Assembly: GCA_964016885.1 (NCBI GenBank)
Contig: OZ024743.1
Coordinates: forward strand, 151,280,001 to 151,344,000
Length of the DNA stretch: 64,000 bases
Source of the DNA: Eledone cirrhosa
Taxonomy: Eukaryota
Direction: 5' to 3'
The position numbers and the translations under genes are program-made. A model generated the notes under the pieces. The model ran no database searches. It saw nothing but the letters and a program-made list of their open reading frames with translations, and had not been told where the DNA came from. Of this stretch, positions 50,887 through 63,344 are shown piece by piece (within the stretch, counting starts at the first letter, position 1; each line of letters opens with the position of its first letter).

Positions 50887-51650
50887 TCCAATATTGAGCT
50901 GAAAAGTTCATAGGCTAACTATGAATGAGTGATGCTAGAGCTGTGAAATCTTGCATGCATTAATTTAAATTCTTATTATTAACTACATTGTTTTTACCCA
51001 AGTAAACTGACATCTGACTGTTCAAAGAAAACTTCAAAGGTAACTAGTAGCGATTTCTTTTGAAAATGGACAACATTTGGCATTGTGGTGTTATCAAGTA
51101 GCTGTAGAAAAAAGATTTAGTCCCCAAGGATATTTATGCTGACATGGTTGCTACTTTTGTGGATGATGCCCCACTTTTATCAACAGTGCAAAAGTGGGCA
51201 ACTGAATTTAGGTAGGAAAAGGAGGGTTTTGAAGATGACCCAAGAACTGAATGTCTTGCAACTGCCACCACTGAGGAAAACATTGACCATGTTCACCACA
51301 TGGTGATGAATGACAGGTGATTGACAATAAATCAAATAGCCAATGCTTTTTGGAGATGCAGAAGGCATTGTGTCTATTGACTATTTTCAAACGGGTCACC
51401 GCATCAATGGAGTGTACTATGCCAACATGCTGAGGTAGTTACGAAAAAATATCAAGATCATATCTGCTGTTGATGACTTTTTTTTACCAACAGGATGAAA
51501 GCTTCTTCACAAATAGGATACAAATGCTGCAACAACAATGGAAGAAGTGTGTGAACCACAAGGGGGAGTATGTAGAAAAATAAACCTCATTTGGTCACAT
51601 TCCATGAAAGTATCTTGGTCAGCCTATGAACTTTTCAGCCAACACTCGTA
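50887..51650 (+). mobile_element. Internally deleted mariner DNA transposon
   Basis: 19-bp perfect inverted repeat gctgaaaagttcataggct (50898-50916 / 51621-51639), right end ...ctcgTA. Transposase relics TVQKWATEF..EDDPR, DAEGIVSIDY..INGVYY and WKKCVNHKGEYVEK*. Confidence 0.92.
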
Positions 51651-53254
51651 GAAATAAAAGACAGTCAATCTTTTTATCCAGAAACTCTAGTAAACAACCC
51701 AACTCTCTCCAATGAAAGTGTATGCCTGAAATGTTAGATGTTCCTTCTTAATCACTGTTAGATCTTTTTGCCCTTACTATATGCCAACATGGTCCGCCAC
51801 CACTACCTTCCTCAGATTCAAATGTTTCACAATTCCAACCAGAACTATCCATATATATACATATTGACAAAATACAAAAAGTAACGAGGCTGCTATAATG
51901 TAACCTATAATTCAAACTTCTGATTTCATGACTAAGTTATACGTTATATGGCATGACTACTAATGAATGGTTAAAATCTTTTAGACAAACCCTAAAATCA
52001 AGCTTTTAACTTTTGTAAAATATTATTTTTCTCCTCAATGCTTTCCAGTGAAAATGGTTCTGCTTACAAGTCAAAGAGGCAATATAATCATTAATTTGAT
52101 TTTTAAAATTAATCATGTAGAGAAAAACTCCTCTCAATTTTCTAACAGATTAAAAGAAATACTTCAATGTAATAATTAAAAGATACGTGCAGAAGAATGT
52201 CTAAACTTTTCTAACATCATTTGTTCATTTTTGCCTTGCTTTTACACATTGAAAAAAAAAAAAAATGTTTGACTAAATAAATAATCATATGAAGAACCAG
52301 AATCAAACATTAACTTGTGTGTATACAAGACTGGTATTTAATTTATCAATCTCTACTGGTAGAACCACTAAGTTACAGGACATTAAAAAAAGTCAATTTA
52401 AAAACCCACAAGCACATATATAGAATTAAAATTTTATATTATCCTTTTATCCATTTGTGGTACGAGATGTTACCTGAATAACAAAGCAGTTTTGACATCA
52501 GTGATTACATAAAGGACAATTTTTACATGACTTAAATCGGTCTCTCCTAATGCATACAAGTACAAGGAGGATATAAAGGCTTGAGAAGGTGTAGTATATA
52601 TGAATGTGTATGTGTGCATACCCAACATACACCTGCATGTATATCTGTCTTCCTCCCACATTGTCATTTTGAGTGAAGCAGCTTACATTGCCAAGAAGGT
52701 GTCACCTAGGTTTGATCAAGCCACATAGGTTTGAACATTTCTTGAGAACATTTATTTAAGTATGGCTGGTATTAGCCTAAGGGACTGTCTAAAGGAATAT
52801 TGATTAGAATAACAAATGATGAGATTAAGTGTAATTGTAATATACAACTATCAAAATATAGCTACAACAGATTTTATTCTTTTCTGAATCAAGGACTACA
52901 TTATTCAATGTGTTCTGCCTTGTTTTAGATGGTAAGTTTTGATTTGAGTATATATATGGCTGCTATTTCTTCCAGGTCAATCAACAATGTAGAGTCCTCT
53001 CTATCTCTCATTAGATAATGCAGTCTAACGCTTGAAATAAAACAGATGGGATGGTCAGCATTAGAATATCAGGGCTGACTTGTGACCAAACAAAAACAAC
53101 AACCGTATCTGAATGATGTATTGAGAATTTATCATTTTGATAGCACAAGATAACAAAGAGATACAAAATTAAAGAAAATGTGATCCATCCTGAGTACATA
53201 TTTCCTTATAATTCCTTCAAAAATTTTAATTTACCTACTTATAGTATGTTTATG

Positions 53255-54135
53255 GACAGTGAGATTACAGGTAGGTTAACGGCAGAGACAGATTTTGTAT
53301 GTGGTATTTTCTTAGGAGAAGCAAGCACTTACGAGCACACATAAAACAGATTCCATCAGTTGTTGGGGATCGATGGTGGTGATGATGGTGAGGGTGGCGG
53401 TGGCAGGGGGGGCTCCCTAGAGATTGTTGACAGCTTTTGTTACATAGGTGACCTAATCAGACTGGAGTAGGATGCTCTGAAATTGTGACAGTAACCAGGG
53501 TAAGAACAGTCTGGAAGAAATTTAGGGAGCTAATATTTCTGATAACAACAGAAGGCTTCTCTCTCAAAGTCAAATAGGCTGTATAATGCTTGCATGTGGA
53601 CTGCAATGCTACATGGCAGGGTGACATAGGCTTTGATTGCAGAAAACCTGCAAAGGCTAAAAAGAATGTGTAATGTTAATGTGTATGATTGATGTAGCAC
53701 AAGTGAGCTGAGAGAAAAACTTTATATAAGAGGAGTACCCTTGGCTTACTTTCTCACCTCCACTACCTATACCCATGTCACCATATTTATTCTTCTTATC
53801 AACCTCATATCATATTCCCTCTTCCCTATTGCTGGATCTACAAATAATTCACCCAGTACACCCTGTAAAGTGGTTGGTGATAGGAAAGGCATCATCTGTA
53901 GAAACCATGTAAAAAAAAAAAAGGGTAATGTCAAGATCATGACAAGCTCATTATTGGTGCCATGATAAAATGCAGCTGGTTAACACTGTACAGAACAGGA
54001 ACATATATAAGTGCCAACTACCAGCCTGCCCATCCATATGAAAGGTGGTCAATAGCACTGATTAAGTACTGAGTTGGCCAGTGATGACCCTTTCAACTCT
54101 TGCTAGCAGGGAAGGCAATTGATAAATGATGAAGA
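53255..54135 (+). mobile_element. Decayed RTE C-terminus and 3' UTR
   Basis: ITGRLTAETDFVCG...GSLEIVDSFCYIGD...RVRTVWKKFREL; tail-like cttgctagcagggaa near 54100. Confidence 0.7.
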
Positions 54136-54522
54136 GGAAACTTATGGATCTTTTTCATCCAACATACTATTTCATTTAGAGACATTACATGTCTGAATTG
54201 TGAAGTCATCTCCCCTGCAGACCTCTATGTAATCTGTGTAATTAATAACTCATGAAAAAAATTCTTTATTAAAAACCAGTAAATTTCAATGAATGCCATT
54301 ATAATAAATCTGCAAAGAAAAATAACTGAATTGGATTTCATCAAGTATTTTAGATCCCTGGTAACTAAGCAATAAAATATTAAAGAGGAAATAAAGCTTG
54401 GTAACTCCATATGAACAGCAGAACAAAACCAGTTTTTGTGGTACAAAATTCTTTTCATCTTTTTTAAGGAAGCACTATGTCTCTCAAGAGAGAATTATTG
54501 CAAAGAAAGGTTTGCCACTTAC

Positions 54523-54735
54523 CAGATTGTCCTGTGTTTCGACTGGTCAGTTTAGGAGAGGGTTGTGATAAAAAAGGATTCGTTTCTGTTGCTGGTGTAG
54601 GTGATATATCCATTCGAGTCTGCATATAAGTGGTAAAATGTCCATTTGTTTTTAATTTAGGTCGGTGGTGAGTGAATACAGCTGACTCCACACTACTTTG
54701 ACGTGAAAAATGTCCATTTGTTTTGGCAGGGTTTG
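54523..54735 (-). CDS. rols: Next coding exon of the rols/TANC gene
   Basis: tgttttgcag| acceptor and |gtaagt donor, 213 nt, phase 1-1, in frame with the RING exon across a 479-nt intron. Translates (A)NPAKTNGHFSRQSSVESAVFTHHRPKLKTNGHFTTYMQTRMDISPTPATETNPFLSQPSPKLTSRNTGQS. An RP.(L/M)KTNGHF motif follows the RING in invertebrate TANC proteins as I recall. Confidence 0.88.
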
Positions 54736-55046
54736 CTGCAAAACAATGATTTTAAATCAAAATATGAAAATACAAAGAAAAAAAATCATTTTTTTTTTAT
54801 TTAAAAAAAAATATAATATACAAGTTACTATGAACATTCTTATGAAGAGTACTGAAGATAAGGTGACATGATTGTTTTATAGTAACATTAGCTGATATCT
54901 CCTTACAAGCTGTACTAATGCTTTGAATCCAAGTATTCTTAAGTGCAGTATTCTCATGTCAACAAGGTTTGACTGTATCATGCCAGCCCTATATTCTCTT
55001 CAGCTATATTTTTCTGTTCATTACAGTTATTTACACCAGTTTCTGC

Positions 55047-55108
55047 ACAAATCATCTATAATTTTACATAACTGTTTTAACAGTTATGTAAAATTATAGA
55101 TGATTTGT
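55047..55108. repeat. Perfect palindrome, 30-bp arms with 2-nt loop
   Basis: acaaatcatctataattttacataactgtt-tt-aacagttatgtaaaattatagatgatttgt, checked base by base. Confidence 0.97.
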
Positions 55109-55214
55109 AAAGCATTTATTATAATTTATTTATGTTTAATTGTTGAATATCATTTTTTCAGAGGGGTTGCTGCGTGCTGAATAAATTAAGTGAAAAATAT
55201 TGTAGTAAACTTAC

Positions 55215-55388
55215 CAGTATTTTCACAGAGTGGACACTGATCAACAGTAAACATGCAAGAATAGCAGCGCTCATGACCACAGGAATCAATAAGGCGCCGT
55301 TTCTTGCCTTTGTCAAATGGTAAATGACATGATGGACAGTTGTCCATTAATCCTTCCATGCTTTTCAGATTGCGAATTGCATCAGGAT
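55215..55388 (-). CDS. rols: Coding exon of a rolling pebbles/TANC-family scaffold protein, N-terminal RING finger
   Basis: tttcag| acceptor and |gtaagt donor, 174 nt, phase 1-1. Translates (D)PDAIRNLKSMEGLMDNCPSCHLPFDKGKKRRLIDSCGHERCYSCMFTVDQCPLCENT, a C3HC4 RING matching my recollection of the invertebrate Rols7/TANC motif CPSC..FDKGK.R.LID.CGHERCYSCMF...CP.C. Not in the ORF track. Confidence 0.92.
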
Positions 55389-56749
55389 CTGAAATGCGAG
55401 CACAAATACAACTTTAAAAACTATAAACTATGCAAAAACAGCAACAACTGAATATTTAAAATCCAAAAATGACTTCCTTTCATCATCATTTCATGACCAC
55501 TTTCCATGCTGGCATGGGTTTGGTGGGTGATCACAGTCCAAGACTATAACTGTCAGAGAACCATGTCTTGTTCTTATGTTCAATATTTGGTTTGGTTTCT
55601 ACAGTTGGATGTCCTTTTTCATATCAACCACCTTACAGACTGTGCTAACAAGTATTTCTACATTTTGCTTCTATACAAGTCATACCTTTCTCACACATCT
55701 TCCTATTTGTTGAAAGAATGTTATTGTTTATTGCAAAACACACAAATATAGACACATCATATATGGTACACTAGGTGTAAATTCTAATTCAGTGAGATAA
55801 AGTGGAATGATACAACTAAGAATGACATATGTTCTTCAGACACAGTCATATCCGGCCAAAATTTAAACCAGCCATATCCGGCCAGAATTCTCTCACCTCT
55901 TTCTGTTCAAACTGGTTGTAACCAACTGCTCATACAATTTTAAGGTATTGTTCTCAAAATAAATAACATCAAAATCTCATAGATTCAATATTATGTGAGA
56001 TAATTATACCACAAAAATACAATAGTATATATAGAGTTAAGTAAATGCTTCACAACTACAGTTCCTGGTTCAATTCTACAGTGTGGTACCTTGGTAAGCC
56101 AATCAATGCATTATATATGAAATTTGGTAGATGTATGCATGTACAAGTGATGAGTCTTGTTACTCTGGCGTTTCACCTGTGTACTCACAGAACCATCAGA
56201 CAAGAATATTTAAACTCTACTTTTGTATTGATTACTCATTCTCATGTCCATCAGCATCACGTGTGTGTATGCACGCATATATATATATATATATAAAATT
56301 AATTAGAGTATGTATTAGTTTATCACAGACACTTTATTATGCAAGATAGAGCACTCGACGAAATACACAACACCAGTGGGTCTGTTTATTCCAGAGTATA
56401 TTTATAATCATGAAGTACAAGTTAACAGGTTATAATTCACTTCATTTTATTCTTCGTTTATTCATAATCGGTGTTTTTTAACCACCATAGATCAGTTCTC
56501 AAGGCCATAGTTATGTCAAGTAGAGCTTTTTCCAAACTTTATATCTAACAAAGAAGTCCATGCTCTCCTTCTCCATATTGTCCTGCATTTATGATTTTGT
56601 TTGATTTTTATTTTGATGTCAATAATAACTAATATAACACACATAAAAACTCGAAAAAGGCCTGGAAATGATGAATGTGAAGAATGAGTAGAAAGATGAT
56701 GGATTACCCCCAGTGGATTCAACATAGTGACTGGCTAACAAAATTGACA

Positions 56750-57243
56750 GTTATAGGGTCGAAGAAGCAATCAGAAAGATGAAATATAGAAAAGCTGCTG
56801 GACCAGCAGAGATAGCTGCTGAGATTCTGAAATCATCTGAAGTAGAAGTTAAGCTAGCCACTTACATAGTCAGTTAGGTAACACAAGACGATGTCATACC
56901 CAATGACTGGCATAGCAGTATAATCATTAAATGCTATGAGAGAGAAAGGAACAACTAAGTAGTATAAAGCATGATGGCATAACTATTTAGAGAACATGTC
57001 AAATTAGATGAGATGCAATTCGGGTTTGTGCCAGGAAGGAACACCACCGATGCCCTCTTCTTAGCTAAGTGTAAACCATTATATCTATCCTCTGTTAATC
57101 TGGAAAAGGCCTTTGACAGACTACTATGATCTATTATCTGGTGGTCCTTAAGGAAACTTGGTGTAAATAAGTGGCTTGTAAGAGCAATAAAAACCATGTA
57201 CAGAGATATAAAATGGACGTTAAACAGTGATGATGATGATGAC
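56750..57243 (+). mobile_element. Decayed, multiply deleted RTE RT joined to a 3' tail
   Basis: KAAGPAEIAAEIL, DEMQFGFVPGRNTTDALF, LEKAFDR and WLVRAIKTMY, then directly tggacgttaaac followed by (GAT)n. Confidence 0.8.
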
Positions 57244-57340
57244 ACACACTATCATCATTACTGTTTAACATCTATCTTCCACACTAGCATAAGTTATACA
57301 TACAGCCACACACATATATGCAATCAAAATTTAATGCCCG

Positions 57341-57345
<5 letters not shown>

Positions 57346-57393
<48 letters not shown>

Positions 57394-57420
57394 GCGTGCG
57401 TGCGTGCGTGCGTGCGTGTG
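57346..57420. repeat. (GT)n/(GCGT)n microsatellite
   Basis: Direct reading. Confidence 0.95.
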
Positions 57421-57755
57421 TCATCATTTCATTTTACGTCCGCTTTTTCCCTGCTTGCATGGGTGGGACGGGAACTGATTTTGGCTTGGTTTCTACAGCT
57501 GGATGCCCTTCCTAACACCAACCTCATTTACAGTGAGTGCTGGGTGCTTTTTTGCCGTGGCACCTCCACGACCACTTTGCAGTGGAATGATATGGACCCC
57601 AGTCCCTATCATCTCATTTCTACAGCTGAGTAAACTGGAGCAATGTGAAATAAAGTGTCTTGCTCAAGAAAACAACACATCACCCGGTCTGAGGATTGAA
57701 CTCACAACCTTTCGATTGCAAGGCCAATGCTCTAACCACTAAGCCATGTGCCTCC
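57421..57755 (-). mobile_element. Full-length SINE family 2
   Basis: Reverse complement of 50431-50766 with about 13 substitutions by manual count. Confidence 0.9.
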
Positions 57756-59639
57756 ATGTGTGTGTGTGTGTGTGTATATATTGTGTACACATGCATACAC
57801 ATATATATGTGTATGTGTGAGAGAATGTGTATTGGTACAAACGGAAATACCTTGAGGTATTAAGTTCTATCTCAGTTGTCTATCATTACGCCTGATTTGT
57901 TTTACCTTTGATCCTCCTATGAGGTCGATGAAATAAGTACTAAACAAAGCACTGAGATATATACAGTTGACTGAAACCCTTGAATGTGGTGCCCCAGCAT
58001 GGTTGTAGACCAATGACTGAAACCAGTAAGAGAAACAGATGAAAGAAAATGAATTCTGTGGGTGTTTTTTAGTTGCGGTGATATAGAGAAAACAAGATCA
58101 GAAGACATCACAGATAGAATCAGTGGAAATAGAAAGACAAGGACAAAGCAATGGTACACCAGTAGTTGTTTAGTAGTAGAGATTGAACGTTTCTCTTTCA
58201 CCTAGATGATTTTTTTTTTCATTTGATGAATGAAAAGTAAATGAATATATACTTTATATTTATTTATATGTATGTTTATATATATATAAATCAATCATCC
58301 TTTTACGTCTGTTTTTCCATGCTTGCATGAGTTTGATTATATACAAATGTGTGTGTGTGTGTGTACACACAGAGAGAGAGAGAAATTATATGTGGTTGAT
58401 TCTGTGTAAGCAATGAAATGCCGGAAGACTTTGTGTTGTTTGTAATAGAGCAGATATATAATGGCATATTTTCTGGCTTTGTATATATCACTGGGATAAT
58501 CATAGCTAGGTAAAAGATATGAGATCATGATAAAGAGATAAAGGGAATGAACCCAGGACCATGTAGTTATTAGGGACCATAAGTCCTAATGTTTGAAGAG
58601 AATAGGATACCTTTAGGAATACAACATATGTGGAGATATATGGAGAGATAAACGTAGATAAAGACAGAAAGAGATAGATGGAGAGGGACAAAGAGAAAGA
58701 AAGTGTGTAGTACTAAGAGATTACTTTTTTTAATGTGCTGTGTCTGCTTTTATAGTATTGAATAAAATTGTTTTGCTGATTAATCAAAAATTTTCAGCAC
58801 ATACTGTCGTCATAATTGTGTGAGTGAAAGAGAGATCGATATATAAACTATTTCTTTGTGAACCATATTATTTGAGTATAACATGTCCCTTGTTTCTGAA
58901 ACTTAAAAAAAAAAAAAATGGTAATAAATTTCATCCTTGTATATAATATCACCCCAGAGTACAGCCATATCTATGTAAATTTTTTGTAAACATGTTCCAA
59001 GTTATCCATAAAAATCTTGATTTCACACATACATTTCACTACATTACTCAGTTTCGCATGAAGTTAAAGGATGTAAAACAGCCAGATGTTTAGCAGTTGT
59101 AACAATAAAGTTATCAAAACATGACCAAACTTATGTAAGCCCTTAATATATTTTATGAATTCCTTGTCATTTATACAAATGACATTCAATCACAGATTCA
59201 TAAAAAATAGATATTGCTGATATATCCAACACCATTTGTAAACAATTATCAACACATATTTCCAATCTTGATATTCGAAATTAATATTTTTAAGCTAAAT
59301 GAAAATTTCTGAAAATGTGTACACATGTACACTTTTAATTTTAGTTCAAAATTTCTCGTCTTATGAGAAAATGTAGTTTTTTTAAAATTTCTTTATTTTT
59401 ATTGATTCCAGCCACAAGCTGAGGTACTGCCTTAATTTAGGCTACATAAACACTGATACAAATGTAAATATAGGCAAACATACACATCTGATGAACTTTT
59501 GCAATTTCTGTCTACCAAATCTCACTCACAAGCATGCACTGGTCTACCTGAGACTAGAGTAGAAGACATTGCCCAATGTGCTGCACAGTGGAACTGAATA
59601 TATATATATGAAGCTGAAGTATATAGAGAGTATCCCCCG

Positions 59640-59839
59640 CTGTAAAGTGGTCGCGTAGGTGTCACGGTAAAAAAAGCACCCAGTACTTACTGTAAATGAG
59701 GTTGGTGTTAAGAAATCAAGCCAGACTCAGTTCTGTATGAGCAAGACATGGTCACCTGTCCTGGCATTGCCCACAACAGGACAACCCATCTAACCCATGC
59801 TAGCATGGAAGAACAGACGTAAAATGGTGATGCTCATGA

Positions 59840-59845
<6 letters not shown>
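59640..59845 (+). mobile_element. Partial SINE with RTE-type tail
   Basis: AAAGTGGTCG..AAAAAGCACCCAG..CTGTAAATGAGGTTGG...AACCCATGCTAGCATGGAA..GACGTAAAATG. Confidence 0.7.
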
Positions 59846-59892
<47 letters not shown>

Positions 59893-59944
59893 AAATGTAA
59901 ACAGAAATAAAAAAAAACACCACTGTACATGGAAGAAATATATA

Positions 59945-60180
59945 TAAAGACCTTTAATCATGAATGACCATGAGATTTGCACCTACAAAGTTCCCTTCTG
60001 AGGCACAAGTGTAGGCAAGATTGTTTGTGGAAGACCAATAGTCACCCATACATGCCACCAACGTCACCCAAGGGAGAGGCAAAGGCTGAGACAGCTTGGC
60101 ACCAGTGATGTCGCAACTCATTTCTATAGCTGCATAAACTGGAGCGATGTGAAATAAAGTGTCTTGCATTCAAGGACACA
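59945..60180 (-). mobile_element. Partial SINE family 3
   Basis: Core and GGTCATTCATGA tail as in 37640-37930. Confidence 0.65.
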
Positions 60181-61120
60181 CACTGCATCACATACACAAA
60201 GAGAGAGAGAGACAATCACTAAAACGAATGGGTTTTTGTGGGATAAATTGTAAGCAGAAATAGGATTCAAAGATTCAGGCATTTCTATTGTTTGATTTAA
60301 TCTTTAGTCAATCACAACATCAATTTCCTGACTACTACTGAAACTTGACCTGGCTGCTAAATTTGGTAGGCTCATTCCTAAAGTATCACTCTTAGAAATA
60401 TTCCTTGTATGGTATTACTGTACTGTAATAACATTCAAGCATCCAATCGATATGTTCTTTTTGATTTAGATCTCTTCTGTGTGGACTTACTAAGACAAGT
60501 TGATGCAAAGAAATGTTATTAAATACTTTGAATGAGTGTAATGGAGAATAATCAATAACATTATTTTCACCAATAGTCCTTTAACAACCAACTTTCACTG
60601 AGATAAAAGACTAATGCTCAATTATTGCAATATCAAAAAGATACAGTTCATTAAGATTAAAACAAGATTTAAAAAAAAAAAAGATTTTTTTAGCTGAAAT
60701 GTTGGTAATGGCCTTCACAAAAACATTATTTAAAACCTAATCACTTCAACAGTTCAAATACAACAGATTTTGTTAAAATATAAAATAAAACGTAAAGATA
60801 TAGCTCAGAAATTTAGTGAAATATACAAATTCAAGAGGAAAGAAAACATTACAGACTTCATTTTCAGCGTAATCACTTAACAACAGAATTCTGTTTATAA
60901 AGGAAATGGGAAATTAAATAGAAATGAAACACAAAAGAAAATAAATGAACATGTTATTATCATAATTGTTACTCATAGGAACACCCTATGTAACTGCAAC
61001 AAGCAGCTGTCCATGATATGAAATTCACTATAACTACACATACAATATTGACATAGCTTCTATAAAGTTTCCCCATTCATTTTGGAGCCTTCTTTTATAA
61101 TGGACAGAAGATGCACATAC

Positions 61121-61192
61121 ATGACTGTCCGTTAATGACCGACAACAACTCAACGTGGGTTTCAGTACACTTGTTTCCTAATTTCCTTATTT
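61121..61192 (-). CDS. Candidate upstream 72-nt exon of rols/TANC
   Basis: atatgttctag| acceptor and |gtatgt donor. Open in phase 1-1 (IRKLGNKCTETHVELLSVINGQS), compatible with the RING exon; three CpGs in 72 nt. No homology recognised. Confidence 0.35.
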
Positions 61193-63149
61193 CTAGAACA
61201 TATATGAAGTATTAATATAGGTTCTAATCAAAAACATTAATCTTATGAACAGAAACCTTGAATAATGGTATATAGTGTTCATCTGCAAAATTACTTATGT
61301 CTCTTTTTAAATGACTTTAGTTTTCTTTAAATTACTTTTCTTCTTTTAAGATTATTTTAAATAGTACATGATATCAGACTTTTCAAAATTAAGATCAGTT
61401 ATCCTTATACCACATTCTAGGTTATGATTATTCTCTCCTCTATAGGCAAAGAACATTAATAGATTAATAGCTGTAGATAATAACAAGTCAGTAAAATTAC
61501 TTCATATTATCTAGTTAGGTAATTTATTTGCCTGAGTTGAAATTCCACGGTGAAACAAAAGAAATGCCAATAATATTATATTAGACAAATTTACTTCAAA
61601 ACAAAATAAATACCTAATTTCATGAAATAAACACCAAACAAGATAGTAAATTTTGCCCTAGCTTCATCAATGTTATTCTACCTCTTTCTCTGTTCAAGAC
61701 ATCTTTGTGTGAGGGGTTACATCAGATCCACCCATATCCAACAGACCCTAACATAGCCCCTTTCTGTGCTTGCAGATATCATTCTCCTCCAAACCACTCA
61801 TTATTGGCATCCATCACTCTTTTGCACTCACACACCTCTATCACTATCCATCACCTCAACCTCATTCATTAGCAAATATGTAGCTTCCATTACCCACTTC
61901 CAACAGTCTTTATTTTCTTATTCACTCCTTACCCTGGTTCTTTCTCTGTCATCCTCCACTTGGCTACATTACTCTGAATAAACAGAGACACTATAAAGCA
62001 ATGAGAACTCTTTAATCATGTGTAATACAAGACAGCCTCACTGGTACTGGTACCATGAAAAAATATACGCAGTACACACTATAAAGTAATCAGTTAATGA
62101 GCAACAAGGGGCAAGAAAAGCCCTTTAATCTGGTCAAGGACATGACAACTTCTGTAGTGTTAGTTTCTTGATAAAATGTAACCAATAAACTCTGTAATGG
62201 GGTTGGTGTTAAGGAGAGAATCCAGCTAAAGAAACCATGACAAAGTGAAACCTGTGACTCTCTGAATCATTTAGGAGGGCAGTAACTCCAAATAAGAACT
62301 GTGACAGCTCATCTAACCCATGCCAACATGGAAAGTGGATGTTAAATAATGATGATGATGATTAGCATAAATATATAAAAAAAAATGTTCAAACAATTGT
62401 ATAGATTTTATCAGATGAAAACGACTGTTTAAAGTAAAAAATGTTATTGTAAGTCATATAATCTGAACATTGCCTTTATACTTTAAAAAATAATGAGAAA
62501 AAAATGTTAAGCTATTTTCATAGTTCAAAAAGCCTTTCGTCATCATCATCATCATAGTTTTTACATCGCTTGAACTAAAAATAGAAACCATTTAACTTCA
62601 CTGAATCCCAAACCAAATGGGTGAAGTCCATTCTTTGAGGGAAAATAAAGAGAATGTAATTTTTTTTATGTACATACAAAATTGTCTTCCCATAAATAAA
62701 ATTTCTCTGTTTTTCATTATTTCCAATCATTTTAAAAGCAATTTGAAATATGATGACATTAACTATCAATTAATAAAATTGTGAATTACTGTGAATATAT
62801 GAAATATAATATATAATTTGATAAATCTATTTTAATATGAGAGTTGCTAATGGTTGAAATAATATGACATTTAACTGAAGAATTGCTAATGTACATCCCA
62901 TCACTCTCTTGCCTTCATTACCAAGTCCGCTTAGAACTGCTAGTCAACTTGCATTTGAGTTTATCTCCATTCATAACTGTGGCCAGATAAGGATCAAGGG
63001 TTCAAGGGGTTTTATTTCTATGTTCATTACTCAAAAACATCCCAACAAAGACCCATAGGCTACTTTTAGGTAAAGAGCTGGGGAAAGGTGGAGTGGGATT
63101 AATACAACACAATCTCTATATATAAATGCTTATTTAATGCTTTATCATT

Positions 63150-63344
63150 TACATTCCTCATATTTACTATTGTATTTTCACGGTAAAGGCTTTACCTCAC
63201 ATAATTTTGAAACTACAAGATTTTGATATTATTTTGAGAAAAATACCTTAACATAAGTATGAGTAGTTGGTTATGGCTGGTTTGAACAAAAAGAGGTGAG
63301 GAAATCCTGGCCTGATACGGCTGGTTTAAATGCTAAAGGGTTAA
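63150..63344. mobile_element. piggyBac-like MITE end
   Basis: Ends in ggtttaaatgctaaagggTTAA (CCC-initiated terminus next to TTAA). Related internal sequence lies inverted at ~55860-55990. Confidence 0.5.

Noticed and set aside
52473-52546. Possible minus-strand exon ending CAG|GTAACA
   Set aside because: Weak acceptor, would end in phase 2, and the peptide is unrecognisable.
54464-54522. ORF-track extension GKWQTFLCNNSLLRDIVLP*
   Set aside because: Read-through past a canonical GTAAGT donor into intron.
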